In this document: one piece after another, positions 1 through 12,298 of the stretch | Layout of the letters: the number at the start of each line of letters is the position of its first letter | Position numbering within the stretch: the stretch's first letter is position 1 | Assembly: GCA_051294905.1 (NCBI GenBank) | Contig: CM119378.1 | Location: 1,738,001 to 1,802,000 of the forward strand | Direction of reading: 5' to 3' | DNA: 64,000 bases | DNA from: Botryllus schlosseri | Lineage: Eukaryota | Program-made: the position numbers and the translations under genes | Notes under the pieces: generated by a model | Told to the model about the DNA's origin: nothing | The model's database searches: none | Seen by the model: only the letters and a program-made list of their open reading frames with translations

Positions 1-437
1 TTGGACGTCTATATATATATGAGCTGGGGCAGTCTCTTGTTTCTCGAATCTGTTACCATATATCAATAATATTCATTACAGTAGTTATGATCTATTATAT
101 ATTTTGACTTGACGGTACCCTAGTATATTCATATTGAAATAATCCTGAATGTTTTCGGCTGACAATTGTCGGGGTTAATCGTCAGCAACTAGTTGAGAAT
201 TGAACAGAATGTTGTATAGCAGCAATCATATCATGTATTCTGTATCAATTCTCTACTACCCTGCTGAGAGGCAACTCAAAATATTTGGCTTTATTTCTAT
301 GTGAATATACTAGCCAATTGTATAATGAAGTTCTGTATCCCCAAGATCCTCTTCAAGTATTTTACTTGCTGAAATCCCATTATTCAATAAGTCAAACAAA
401 CTGAACCCTTTTCTTAAAAATGGCCAATATTCTTCAG

Positions 438-3400
438 TTTAGATGCACAGATCAATATCGATAGTCCATTAGTACTGTCGTTCTTGGATTACCTCCTCAC
501 AGAAGAGAGGATTGAGCATGCCCAACGCGCTCTGATGAACTACATGGAATTCTGTCACGTTCTGAAGCGGAAAGATCTCGTCGAAAATGCATACGGGTGG
601 GAATGTGGGATATCATCTTGCCAAGCTATATTTTGACAAATTTTCTCCATAGTTCCACGGAAAGTTTCGTCCCGTATAGACTTGGACAACTAGATAATTC
701 TTGTCTAATTGTAATAATTATAGTAAAATGCCGATAATCTAATTCTAGTTTTTGAGATGTTTCTCTACTCTAATTTTCATTTTAATATAGTTGCTGGTTG
801 TCCTGAAAATGCTACAAGAGAACTGTATCGTGTGAAACGAACCAACTTGGTGCACAGACATCAATGTAAAATTTACAATTCTCGTGCTTATGATGATAAA
901 CTCTGATTTGATATTAACTAAACTTGATTTTTGTTGTATTTCTTTCCAATTTGGAATTGAATTGAATTTCCAAGTTTTTACGAATTCAGTAATTCAAATC
1001 TAATTTAGAAAAAATACTGCATGCCGCTATGACTCATTTTAATATAATTTGTCAAACTCTGTCTCAAGTAATCACCGGTAGATCTATTCTTGCTGATGTG
1101 TTGCAGGAAGGCGAAAGACATGGTCAAAATTTTTTCGTCGCCATTCATGGTCGCATCTCTTCTCGTACTTCAAAACACTATCTACGACGAAGACATCTAC
1201 CATTTTTCCGATATACTGTATCACTGGGTGGGAGAGAAAGATCGATATCTACTCGCAAGCTGCGCGTGTGTGGCTCTTCGGTGAGTTTTGTAATAGGATA
1301 GTTTAATCCAGTTTAGGCACGGGCGTTGAACAGGGTTTAGCAAAATGATTCGAGTTGAAAGAGATGATATTTTCAATTACCGAAATTATACGCTCCTCGT
1401 CGCTAAGAGTTAATTTATCAACGAGGACAATAGTTTCGATACCATTTCCCAATGTGAAAACCTCGATTGGTCGCATCACAGCGCATGAAGCATGCTGTAC
1501 AAAGTACTTTAGTGGGAATAACATATTTTTTTTTAAGTCTTGATCAACCCACAACATTGTTATAAAGTGCTGGCCGAAGAAATACCAAATTATCTTCGAT
1601 GTGGGGTAGAACTTTCATTATTATTGTATTATTCGAAATTTCCTGTCTGTGACGTCATATTTTGTGATACGATTGTTAATATACAATGTTCTTTCCAATT
1701 CTCTACTAGTTGTGACTGATTACTAGGGCTGGGCAAAATCGAGTACCTGGGTGATTCGATTCTAAATCACGTAATATGCTTCGAGTCGAGTAGTCGAGTA
1801 TCACTCAGCATGACGTCATAACAGAATGCGACACTCAAAGTTCAAATATGTACCGTTTATGCCACCACAAATAATAATATAATGTTGTTATCCATTTCAT
1901 GAAAGATATTTTTCGACCATATCGATTTCATTGAACTTAGTGACAATGTTATGGGATAAGCATGACTTCGGAAATGTCCTGTGTCCAGTAACCTTCGTAG
2001 CTCTGTACTATGCTTCGTACGCTACGATACGGCCAGCCAAGGTTTCAAGGCTTCAACAGTATCGAAGCTATAACTCTCATTGATAAATTAACGTTCAGTG
2101 GTGGGAAGCGAATAATTTCAGTACTCGATAAAATCGTCTTTTACTACTCGACTCGAATCATTGTGCCCAGCCCTACTGATTACCCCTGACGAGTGCCGGC
2201 CAAAAATATTCGGGTTTACTTCAATATGTATATGTTATTCAATTGTATATTGAAGTTGTGTAGCTCCAAGAAGAATGCGAATGTGGCATCGGCGATATAT
2301 TCATGTTGGCCATTGATAAGATGTTCTCAACAATACATATTGAGTAAATTTCATCTTCTTTTTCCTAACATGACTCCGACAGTTACTAAAACGTTGGCTT
2401 ATGTTGCGAGTTTATGCGTACCTTTTCAGACATGGAAATTTTGAGACGGCGCTTAAATATATCGCCAGCTCGCTTACTTCGGACGGAAAGGGCAGATCGG
2501 AAGCGCCTGTTTCAAAATTCATCGAAATGTTGTTGGATGCTTTTAGGTAAATGTTCGGTTTGACTTCCATCCATATAGATGCAGTTGATCTATTTTGAAA
2601 TTTCCCTCACAATATTCACGAAAATGGGGCGTAACCTATGTGCACGATTGTTCACACAAAGTCTGGCGCTAACACATGCATTTGGAGTCGACTTTTATCA
2701 AAATACGCCAACCTAGTTTGTGTAGGCTTACCATCTAAAAATAGTACATTGAGCTTAGAGATCTATTTGCCTTCATATTTTATGTTGGTAACGTCATATT
2801 TGGTTGTACAATTGTTGATATAACATGAGGGTTGATATCACTACATTATTCTACTAGTAGAAGTTGCTCATATATGTGGTCATTCTAAACTTAATCTCCC
2901 AAAACCCTAAACCTGGCTGTTGAAACTTGATCAACCCAGGTTTTTATGCAAGCAAGATATATTGGAGAACTGTTGCAATGTGAGATTGAATTAGCTGAAT
3001 ACTACTTTTGGTCATATCATCACGGTATACATTGTAACAGGACTGGTGCATAAAATCAAACCCACGACAACCTAGTGAGGGCGGGTTTCTCGCTAGGTCG
3101 ACTAGGCTTTTTACTTCGAGCGTTTGTGGGTTATCATGGAATTTAGATGTCAGTAACAAAGTACTTGTACTTTTTGGAAGTGCTCGAGTCAGTTTTGTCT
3201 ACTTGCACTACTTCTCAAACAATTATGGTTTTGGACTACTTCTAGTTCCAAACAGCTTTCAGTTCTGGGGGCAAAATTAGGCCTTACCTTATCAAGCTCA
3301 ACATATCTTTATTGTCCCCTAAATACTGGATGTTATCAGTAAGTTTACAGTAACGTTACACCTTGTGGAAGACACATTAATCATTAGCGTGGGAAGTTGC

Positions 3401-6400
3401 ATACCTCAGTGCATGTGAAGGCCAACAGTGTCGCTTGTCTTGCTTATATATTGTGTTACGACTATTTTTCCAGGTATAGTGACGACCCTGTGCGTTGGAG
3501 ATTCAATCGCGGAATCGTCGAGCAATTCATAGCGTTTATGGCCAAAGCAAGATTTTTCCCGCACACCAGAAGCGTGTTGGATATAGAGAATTGGTTCAAG
3601 AGCATCGGAAATGAATCGTGGCAAAGCGGACATTACAACTTCTCTGAAATTAAGTGAGCACAGTATTATAGCACTTGTGCTGTGTGAGTACAGCTTTTCT
3701 TTCATGAAAATAGTGTTGATTTCTTTCATTCATGGTTGTGTAATGGTAACAATTTGGTCCCGTGATCAGTGGAAACTCCTTTTCTGCACTTACCCTATGA
3801 TTAGTATTAAAATTATATCTACAGACTTTTTCAAAATTTGATTAGAATTACTGAATTCGGAAAAGCTTTGAAATTGAATTACATCTGCATCGGAAAGAAA
3901 TCCAGCAAAACTCAAGTTCAGGTCATGTGAAATCAGTTTGTTCTGATAAACATGAGAATGACAAATTTCTGTACACCGAACTTGGCTGATTTCGCAATAT
4001 ACAATTCTATTGTAGCAGTTTCAGGAAAAGCAGCAGACTGCTGCTAATATTAGATAGAAATATTTCACAAATTAGATTAGAATAACATTACCGGCATTTC
4101 GCTCTTAGAGGGGTAGCATAGTGGTGACGATAAGCGCCTGCTCACCGACTCTGGTTAGATTCCTTGTTGGAGGCATATCTGGGAGTTGTCGTATGACAGT
4201 TATCTAGTTGTCTAATCCTGTGAAGTACAACAACAAATGCAAGCTCTAAGTCACAATATTTCTCTTAGCATCATTAGAAATGCTCATGTCCACATCAAAT
4301 TCCAAATACGTACTGACTCTGATGATGTTCCTTACCATAATTCGGAACTCAATATCCACACCCACCTTATGCAGTAATGCTCATGGTGTAATGGTGTTAT
4401 GATTGCGTGTGCCGGGATGATCTTATCTTTTCTATCGCAGATACAATTATTGTCCTCTCTCCGGCGCGGGACTGCGTAGAAAATCTTTGACTGATGACGA
4501 ATATCATTATCTCGCCAAAGTGGTCATGAGAGAAATCTTGGGGATGACACACTCCATTGTAAGTTTTCGATGTGCAGTTAATTTATCAACAGGAACTATA
4601 GTTTTGATACTATTTTCCACTGTCGAAGCTTTTAAACCTAGATTAGTAATATCGTAGCATAGCATATGAAACACATATTCCGAACAATGAGTTTTAGCGG
4701 GAATGACATATCTGAGCAGTCATGATCAATCCACAGGATGTTATCTTCTTTTCATTCACTGTGCATGCCTCCTCTCTACATCACGTAGGCCCAGGTGGGT
4801 GTCCGATTTATAAGATTACTCCAAATCGTTTCGACACCTTCCTATCTTTTCATTGTATCGCACTCTTATGGTGTTTTGAATTGATGAAGTTATTAATATA
4901 CTGATGCTGCACTGTTACGTCGCTATAATGAGTGATAGTGATAGCTAGTGATTTCACAATTGTAAATTATCAAAATGGAAAACTATATTTCTATAGGTCG
5001 TTTTGGCCGGGCTTGGATGCTGTGAAATTCTGAAAATACTCCTTGATCTAGATGCCATATCCGCTGTATAAAGGCGAGATGCTTGTTATCAAAATTACGA
5101 TATCGGTCAGGCTCTAACTGAAACTATTTTACAGGACGAAGGCGGTCATATTCTGGCTACCGGCTTTTCTCGCACGGACAAGCGGGAGGTGAAATCATTC
5201 CTGACGATGCTGTACGAAGAAGGGCCGTTCGACCTGGTGGTGGACGGGATGAACGTTTATTATTTTGTGGCCAGCAATGTGCCCGGAAAGGAAAGGGAAC
5301 AAAGCACTACCATGGTGCGTATATTGGCCTGCTATATTCTGTCATGTGTAATAACAGTTGCTTTAGGATTGGCAAAAATGATTTGAGTACCATACTCGAA
5401 TCCGAATCGACTATTAAATCTAATGATTAAAGTAGGGTAGTGAGATAATTGTTTCGACTTCGAGTATTGGAATGATGAGCTAAAATTACCACCAAGAGTA
5501 AATTTATCAACCAAAAGGTTTTCCACTGTGGAAACCTCCAAACCTTGATTGATCGTACCGCTGCATACGAAACTAGTAGTACAAAGATAAGAATGTTACT
5601 GCAAATGACAAAATCTGTGAAGTCATGATCAACACAAAGCATTGTCAACGAAATAGACAGGTCGAAAGAATATCAAATTATCTTTAACATAGTGTAGCAG
5701 TGGCATTATATTTCTTGTAGTCACATGAAAGGTACATATTTGGACGCTTCTTCGATATACGCCCGAGATCGAAACAGTGTTTCACGTAACACCAGCAAGG
5801 GCTTTCCATGAGCACAATACAATTTTATAAACGTCAAAATAAATTGTTTTTTGCCTTTGGAGAGACAGATGTTAGGGTTGAAGGTGGGTTTGGGTCAAAG
5901 TTGGGGTTAGGGTATCCCAAGACTACGGTTGGGGGAGGGGGGGTATTAGGGAAGAGGAAGGAGATATATTAGGGTTGGATGTGGGTTAGGGTCAAAGTTA
6001 GGGTTAGGGTATCCCAAGATTAGGGTTGGGAAGGGGTATAAGAGTTGGATGCGGGTTAGGGTCAAAGTTGAGGTTGGGGTATCCCAAGATTAGGGTTGGG
6101 GAAGGGGGATATTAAGGTTGGGGGAGGGGTGTCTTAGAGTGGGATGTGGGTTAAGGTTAGGGTTAAAGTTGAGGTTAGGGTTTCCCAATATTACGGTTGG
6201 GGGAGGGGGTTGGATGTGGGTTAGGGATACCCTAACCTAAACTTTGACCCCTACCTTACCCCTAACCCACATCCAACCTTAATACCCCCTCCCCCAACCC
6301 GAATCTTGGGATACCCTAACCCCAACTTTGACCCTAACCCACATCCAACCCTAATATCCCTCCTTTCTCTTCCCTAATACCCCCCTCCCCCAACCGTAAT

Positions 6401-8390
6401 CTTGGGATACCCTAACCCCGACTTTGACCCTAACCCTCATCCAACACCAATATCTCCATTCCCCCAACCCTAATATCCGTCTATTCAAATGCAAAATAAA
6501 TATTTTGACGATTATAAAATTTTATTGTGTTCATGGGGAAACATTTACGGGTGTCATGGGGAACACTGTTTTGATCTCGGGCGTATATCGAAGAAGCGCC
6601 CATATTTGAACTTTCCACGGCGTTCACACTGTTTTATGACAAAACAATGAGTGATACTCGAATACTGGACTTTATGCCTAATACTTAATTCAGAATCAGC
6701 GGAGTTCCTGTCTGTATTATCTATTTCTCTGTTTGCTTTTGTTGACTGCCTTTTACTGCTCACTTTATAGACTGTCGCTTGGCTTAGGCATCTGATCAGC
6801 GAGAGAGAACGGCGCTTGGGAAGAAAATTGAATTTGTTGGTCGTGTTCAAGAATCACATGAGAATGCAATTTCAGGACATGCTCGATAACGTCGCGAAAG
6901 TTTGGTTCACGAGTGACGAGTAAGCGTAGTTATGTATGTAATTGAATAATGTGTTCGAAGATCTTCGGCTGACACTCCTCAAACGTTTACAATCTTGATC
7001 GACTATTGGCGAATTGAAAACAACTTTGTGTATCAACACTCTTATCACCAAATATGATAACACCAGCATAAAAATTCGAATAATCGAGGCGAACAAATCA
7101 CTTCAGTGTATTTCTCGAACTACCTGTGTTCAACCAGAAACCAAACAGACATCGCAAAACAACTTTCTACTTAATAACGTCAAAAGTGCAGAAGTTCGAA
7201 TTCTCAACTAGTTGATGACCATTACTTCTGACAAGTGTCAGCCGAAGATTTCTGGCATATGTCAATATCAATATAGTTTATTCAATTATATATTGGAATT
7301 CTGTACCTCCAAGAGTCTCAACAGCCAATTGAGTGACGGTGCAGGTAGGAAATCTCCACTCGTATACTCCAGAGAGGTAGAAGTACTGCGTTAGTGAACC
7401 CCTCTGGTTCGCTGCAATTTTGTGCCCTGTTAGTAACGAAACTCGAGTCGTGCCAACGAAGTCAAAGTTGACATTATGTCTTTTGGTGGTCTGTGTGAAG
7501 CATTGTCTCGTCTACATATGCGAGCCTACTGGGTATCACGTTGAGGGCAGTCCAAACGGTAATCTCTCTCTCGCAGCGCTGAAGATGATATGTTTTTCCT
7601 GTACGCCGCGATTCTTTGTGGAAGACAATGTAATCTATTTACTCTCGACTTGATGACGGATTTCCGCGCCCGTGTCTGTAGTAATTTTGACGCCGTGACG
7701 TCTAATCTCGTGTACAAGTGGCAGCAACTTCATCAGGACCTTCATTTGCTGAAGATGGCCCGCAGGATGGTAAGGCTTCAATTACAGAATAAGTTTAGAA
7801 ACCAGCGATTTGTGAACCATACTGAGAATAGACTTCGATAACTAGATAATTCTGGACTAATTATACCAAAATGTTGGTAATCTAATTCTAATCTAATTTC
7901 TTAAAAATGATTCTATACTCTAATTTTAATTCTAATCAAAGTAAAGACTCACTGATTGCCATAACATTGGCATTATACCAAAACATTTTGTCTGTGGATG
8001 AAATATTTGTACAAGTACATTATACAAAGAAACCCCAGAAGTTGTGCTAACCCCTACTATAAATTACTTGAATTTTATACCTTGTTGATATATCTTTATT
8101 GTCCATTGATGCGTTGTTGGCACAGATTTGCGATGCAGCCTGTATAGTCCACTAATCAAAATATAACCTTCAATAATTGAATTGAAGACCTGCGCACATC
8201 AGGAGTTTAGCGAGATGAAAAGTTGGTTTTGATTCTAATTAAATTAAAAACGCTTTTCACTTTTGTCAAGACACCCCAGGTGTTTGATGTATCTATACAA
8301 CGAACGAACAGCACCTGGCACATTCCTTACACCGACGACGGGATATTTCCCAGCAAATGGCTGATGTTGAAAGACACTGGAAAAAGTTGA
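438..8390 (+). CDS. PRORP: Mitochondrial protein-only RNase P catalytic subunit (PRORP/MRPP3/KIAA0391 family), spliced, 5'-partial. Exons: 438-596, 1107-1280, 2430-2546, 3474-3653, 4441-4558, 5135-5314, 6771-6919, 7577-7769, 8271(or 8280)-8390
   Basis: All junctions are GT-AG and phase-compatible, giving one open frame ending at TGA 8388-8390. Motifs: IENWFKSIGNESWQ, GPFDLVVDGMNV (NYN motif, cf. PPFDVVIDGLNV), LLVVFKNHM, AEDDMFFLYAAI, FTLDLMTDF, YKWQQLHQ, STWHIPY, PSKWL. Confidence 0.92.
1724..2175. mobile_element. Non-autonomous hAT-type MITE in PRORP intron 2
   Basis: TIRs TAGGGCTGGGCA...TGCCCAGCCCTA with perfect 8-bp TSD CTGATTAC; related end at ~60350-60395. Confidence 0.85.
4106..4175 (+). 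mobile_element. 5' fragment (tRNA-like head) of SINE family B
   Basis: TAGCATAGTGGTGACGATAAGCGCC...GGTTAGATTCC matches the heads at ~8523 and ~35947. Confidence 0.55.
4740..4908 (+). mobile_element. 3' end of a non-LTR retroelement (LINE tail family)
   Basis: GGTGGGTGTC...TTTCGACACCTTCCTATCTTTTTCATTGTATCGCA is shared with ~45520-45786 and ~63165-63437, which end in AATAAA plus TGAT/TGA repeats. Confidence 0.6.
5741..6602. mobile_element. Foldback element with telomere-like internal repeats in PRORP intron 6
   Basis: Long terminal inverted repeats (TGGACGCTTCTTCGATATACGCCCGAGATC / GATCTCGGGCGTATATCGAAGAAGCGCCCA). A G-rich GGGTTAGGG arm (~5870-6230) is followed by its C-rich inverse (~6225-6475). 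TATT flanks both sides. Confidence 0.8.
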
Positions 8391-8522
8391 TGTCGTGCAT
8401 CATTCATTTGCCTATTCTTAATATAAATAATTTTTGAAAATGTTGCCTTGTTGGTATTGCAGTTCTGATCGCTTCGATGATAGTCTTACAACAATTCAGT
8501 TTGTCAGTTTACTGACACGATT

Positions 8523-9262
8523 ATAGAGAGGTGGGAGATATCGTAGTGGTGACGATAAGCACCTGTCGCCTATGAGTTCGATTCCACGTTGGAGGTTATT
8601 CTGGGCTCCTCTTCCCCGCGTCGATATTCTTACGGGGACAAAAAAAAATACTAGATGAAAGAGCGCACTCACAGGGAATGGAAGGAGCCACGGAATAGGG
8701 AAAAACATCGAAAAAGGAGCTGTTAAATTGGGCACTAGGCCGAAGTGGATGCCAGCTTAAGAGATCGCAACTGCTCGTTCGGCATCCTCCTATCTGTTCA
8801 TTACATCACATTGTGTGACGTCCTCTTTTAAGAGGATTTGTCCTCTTTTTTTACTTTTTTGAAAGTGTCCTCGGAGGACGCCCTTTTGTCCTCTTTTTTG
8901 AAAATTTAGGTCAGATTTAGAGGAAATTGCGAGTGATATGCCGCAAATTAGCGCAGAAGTGAAGCTCCGGCGGGTATTTCGGAGGGAAAAGCGAAAAGAA
9001 GACCTTTCTTTTTTTTAGTCAACCGATCACGAAGTGGGAAAAATTTACCGGTTTTTGAGAATTCTTCTCCAGTTTTTCATTTCTGAAAAAGTGTCCTCTT
9101 TTTACATTTCCAAAATATGGTAAGCCTACATTGTGTGTGTCTTGTTCGGATGAAAATATAAAGCGACGAATATTTAATATATTATTAAATATAGGAGGCT
9201 TGAACAAGACTTGATTTCAATAATCATGAAACAGCTCGGGTGTGGTCGCGCAGTGCGTTTAT
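8523..9262 (+). mobile_element. tRNA-headed SINE family B, interrupted by a MITE
   Basis: A-box-like ATCGTAGTGG and B-box-like GAGTTCGATTCC; body colinear with 35947-36400. Confidence 0.7.
8817..9128. mobile_element. hAT-type MITE (left end truncated) nested in SINE B
   Basis: Ends AAAATATGGTAAGCCTA; CATTGTGT duplicated at 8809-8816 and 9129-9136; homologous (inverted) to 63662-64000 and related to 38622-38981. Confidence 0.7.
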
Positions 9263-9926
9263 AAATGAAGACAACGCGCAAGTCGACGTAGATTATCGTC
9301 CGTTTTATTGGAACTGATGCGGGGACGTTGCGGACTTTGCATGATCATGATCAACGCAGTTCTGGTGTTCTGTTCATCTCTAGATTACTAACCTATTACG
9401 TTCATCAATCCAATGTTCGCTATCCGGATTATCATCATCATTGGTTTACGATCAGATAGCCGGATTTGTCTCAACTTCAGATTAAGAATGTCATGGGCCT
9501 GGTCGAGTAATTTGGTTCAATACTTTTTGTGTTTCATGACCTCACTTGACGACGGTGAAAGCGAGTGAATTGTGTTTCCGTTCCGACCTACTAAAATACA
9601 ATGAAGTATTGTTATTGCATTAATGGATATTTCCTTTCGTGTATGAGTTGTCAACGCGTTTTCAACCGTGCAGATTCATGGCCCTATAATGTACAGCTCT
9701 ACTAGTATTTTGAGTTTATTAGTCAGTAATATGCTAAATATCTAATCTCAACAAAAACTATGTACTAGGACTGAAATATGAATCCAGTCGTCCGTCCAGT
9801 ACCGGATCCGAGTCCGGGTATGTTACCGGGAAACGGCGTTCGTGCGTTTAGGTTGAGTGAGTTCGTAAATAGCTGGAAGCCAATTTGAGGTCTGACTGTT
9901 AGCGATGTTGGTGTATACAAAGCAGA

Positions 9927-11015
9927 ATGAATGACACTATGGATACAGTCATACGTGATCCATTGCTGAAGAAAGCATTCTTCGCATCTTGGACGTTCAA
10001 CGACAAGATTTACGTTCACGGAGGAATTTCAAGATACAATGATAAAGCTGAACCATCTCAAGAACTTGTCGCAATTGATATCACTTCCCGTAATGTAAGT
10101 CTTCTTCATTCCAAAAGCACAGGACCGAGAAGATCGCATCACAAATGCGTCATGTTGGAATCGAATGTCGCCTGCTTGATTGGTGGCTGGGACGGCAGAC
10201 AGAGGACAAGCGATGTCTGGGTTTTCAGAATGAATGATCAAGAGTGGACGTTGTTAAATCCCAATAGCGACAGTAATCCGCCAGCAGGACTTAGCAGTCA
10301 TACCTGCACAAAGATCAGTGAAGATGAAGTCATAATATGCGGACGAGAAGGCGGCGTGAGGATGCAACGGCGATATGGAAGTGTGTACAAACTGAAAATC
10401 GACTTGAGCAACAGTAAATATTGTTACGAAGAACTGCCTGTTCATGTATCATCTCGATCTGGTCATGTTGCATGTCTCGTGGAGGGAGATGGCAAGCGAA
10501 AATCCAAGTTATCTTTACTAATTCATGGTGGACGGGATTCAGATTCTATTGAAATCATAGGTCACTATCGTAAGTTTCAATCTACAGAAACTAGTATCAA
10601 TGATAATACTCTCGTTGACTCTATAGGCCTACAAGCAGACAATTCTTTTAAATCTCCGAATCCTATGTTTTCAAAGGCTAAATGCCCACGTATCAGACAT
10701 CATACAACATTATGTGCTGGAAGATATTGCATGATTCACGGTGGAGAAGTCTTTGGAAAAGCGCGTGACACAGTGTCCGGAGATTTATTTATTTGCGACA
10801 TGATCGCCAATATTTGGTGGATTGCGTCAAAATTGCCTTACCATGGCGATGGGGCATCGTTAAAGCGAATGGGGCATTCTTTATTTTATATCAATAATGT
10901 GTTATATATTATTGCCGGAATCGGATTGAACGGCAAGTCGGCAGAGGATTCGGTGATCAGTATTCCTGTGTCGAATTTTAAGACTTCATCACAGCCGCAT
11001 GAAAGAACCACATAA
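9927..11015 (+). CDS. KLHDC9: Kelch domain-containing protein 9 orthologue, 362 aa, single coding exon
   Basis: Kelch GG motifs plus family-specific strings RSHH, GGWDG, PPAGLSSHTCTKIS, GREGGVRMQRRYGS, SRSGH. Confidence 0.9.
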   Translation: MNDTMDTVIRDPLLKKAFFASWTFNDKIYVHGGISRYNDKAEPSQELVAIDITSRNVSLLHSKSTGPRRSHHKCVMLESNVACLIGGWDGRQRTSDVWVFRMNDQEWTLLNPNSDSNPPAGLSSHTCTKISEDEVIICGREGGVRMQRRYGSVYKLKIDLSNSKYCYEELPVHVSSRSGHVACLVEGDGKRKSKLSLLIHGGRDSDSIEIIGHYRKFQSTETSINDNTLVDSIGLQADNSFKSPNPMFSKAKCPRIRHHTTLCAGRYCMIHGGEVFGKARDTVSGDLFICDMIANIWWIASKLPYHGDGASLKRMGHSLFYINNVLYIIAGIGLNGKSAEDSVISIPVSNFKTSSQPHERTT

Positions 11016-11455
11016 AACTACAGATAAGAGACTGTTGTCCATTGGAATGATACGTAATCGAATTGGAACGCACTAGTTAGTACGTAACAAAAGATAGAGC
11101 ATATGTTTATGACAACAATTACTATTTATTTCGATTTGAATCATTATTAAGTTTCGCGGTGTCCTTCAGATACAGTTTTCGAAGTAAAATAGCTTTCCAG
11201 TTCTTAGAGAATTTATATATCGATTAACTTGATCTTTATCAAACGCACTTGGAATGTCAGATAGATATATACTCATAATTTGAACTTTTGGACATGTTTT
11301 TGTGGTATTGATAGTTGATACCACCTTCTATCCATTTTAAACCAAACTATGCCTAACGGGCTGTAGCATAAAAGTGGACCCGGGTTGGGTTGCAACCGAT
11401 GGTTGGTATTGAAACCATAGTTAGATCCACAACTGGTCAATATTAATATCATTGA

Positions 11456-11842
11456 CAGGGTTGTAATGACTCGAGCCGCACTTGAAGCACATTTTTTCGA
11501 TGAATCGACTTGACTCGAGTCAATTTTTACATTTCTTTTGTCTGCTTGAATAAACGTGTTAAGAGTACCAAAAATTAGTATATATTATATGGATTCTATA
11601 TCAACCAAGCTAAGTTTTAAAAAAGTGAGTTGAACTCAAGAGTGAACACAGTGAACACTGAACAGCGATATGGACATGGACACTATATGACTTGAGCTCA
11701 GACTAGAGTCTCTGCACTACGATTGGCACTCGACCCTTCGCACCCTGACTTGACTAGGTTGTGAATTCGACTTGAATCGAGTCAAAAGTCTAAAAGTAAG
11801 ACAGACTTGTGACTCGGAACCCTATGACTTGGTCACAACCGT
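11456..11842. mobile_element. Degenerate MITE rich in GACTCGAG/TGACT subterminal repeats
   Basis: Starts CAGGGTTGTAATGACTCGAG and ends GGTCACAACC; motif content resembles the 39339 family; TSD not clear. Confidence 0.5.
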
Positions 11843-12298
11843 TGATTAGTCAAAGGGAATGAAGGGATTGTTTTGCCGGAAATATTTCGTTACGTCGAGT
11901 CCGAGGTCAGGTTCAGACCCGAAAATCCGGACCTGACTTGTATGTCTGCTGTAATTGAAGTGTCTATTCGTCTTGATAAGTACCACAGTTGATTTAGCTG
12001 AAATGAAAATGTGGTTCTTATCAAGAGAAAGAATTTGTTCTATATGTAGTCATATTTTACCCTTGAACGCGGTGTCTATGATACGAAAGAATAGAGAAGC
12101 GTGTTTATAGTGTTTACATTGAATATCATGCACGGTATGCACGCATATGTCTGTTTACATAACAATAGAGTTACGAGCTAGATATCATATTTTATTGTTT
12201 GCTTTTAGCCTTTAATTGATTTGCATCGTTTGACAGATCGCGATATCGCGATTACTATACGGTGCGTATCAATCATCAGATGATACTTCGACTCGGTA

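Noticed and set aside
5870..6475. Telomere fusion site (head-to-head TTAGGG/CCCTAA)
   Set aside because: Repeats are degenerate, enclosed by unique TIRs and a TSD, and lie inside an intron of an intact gene.
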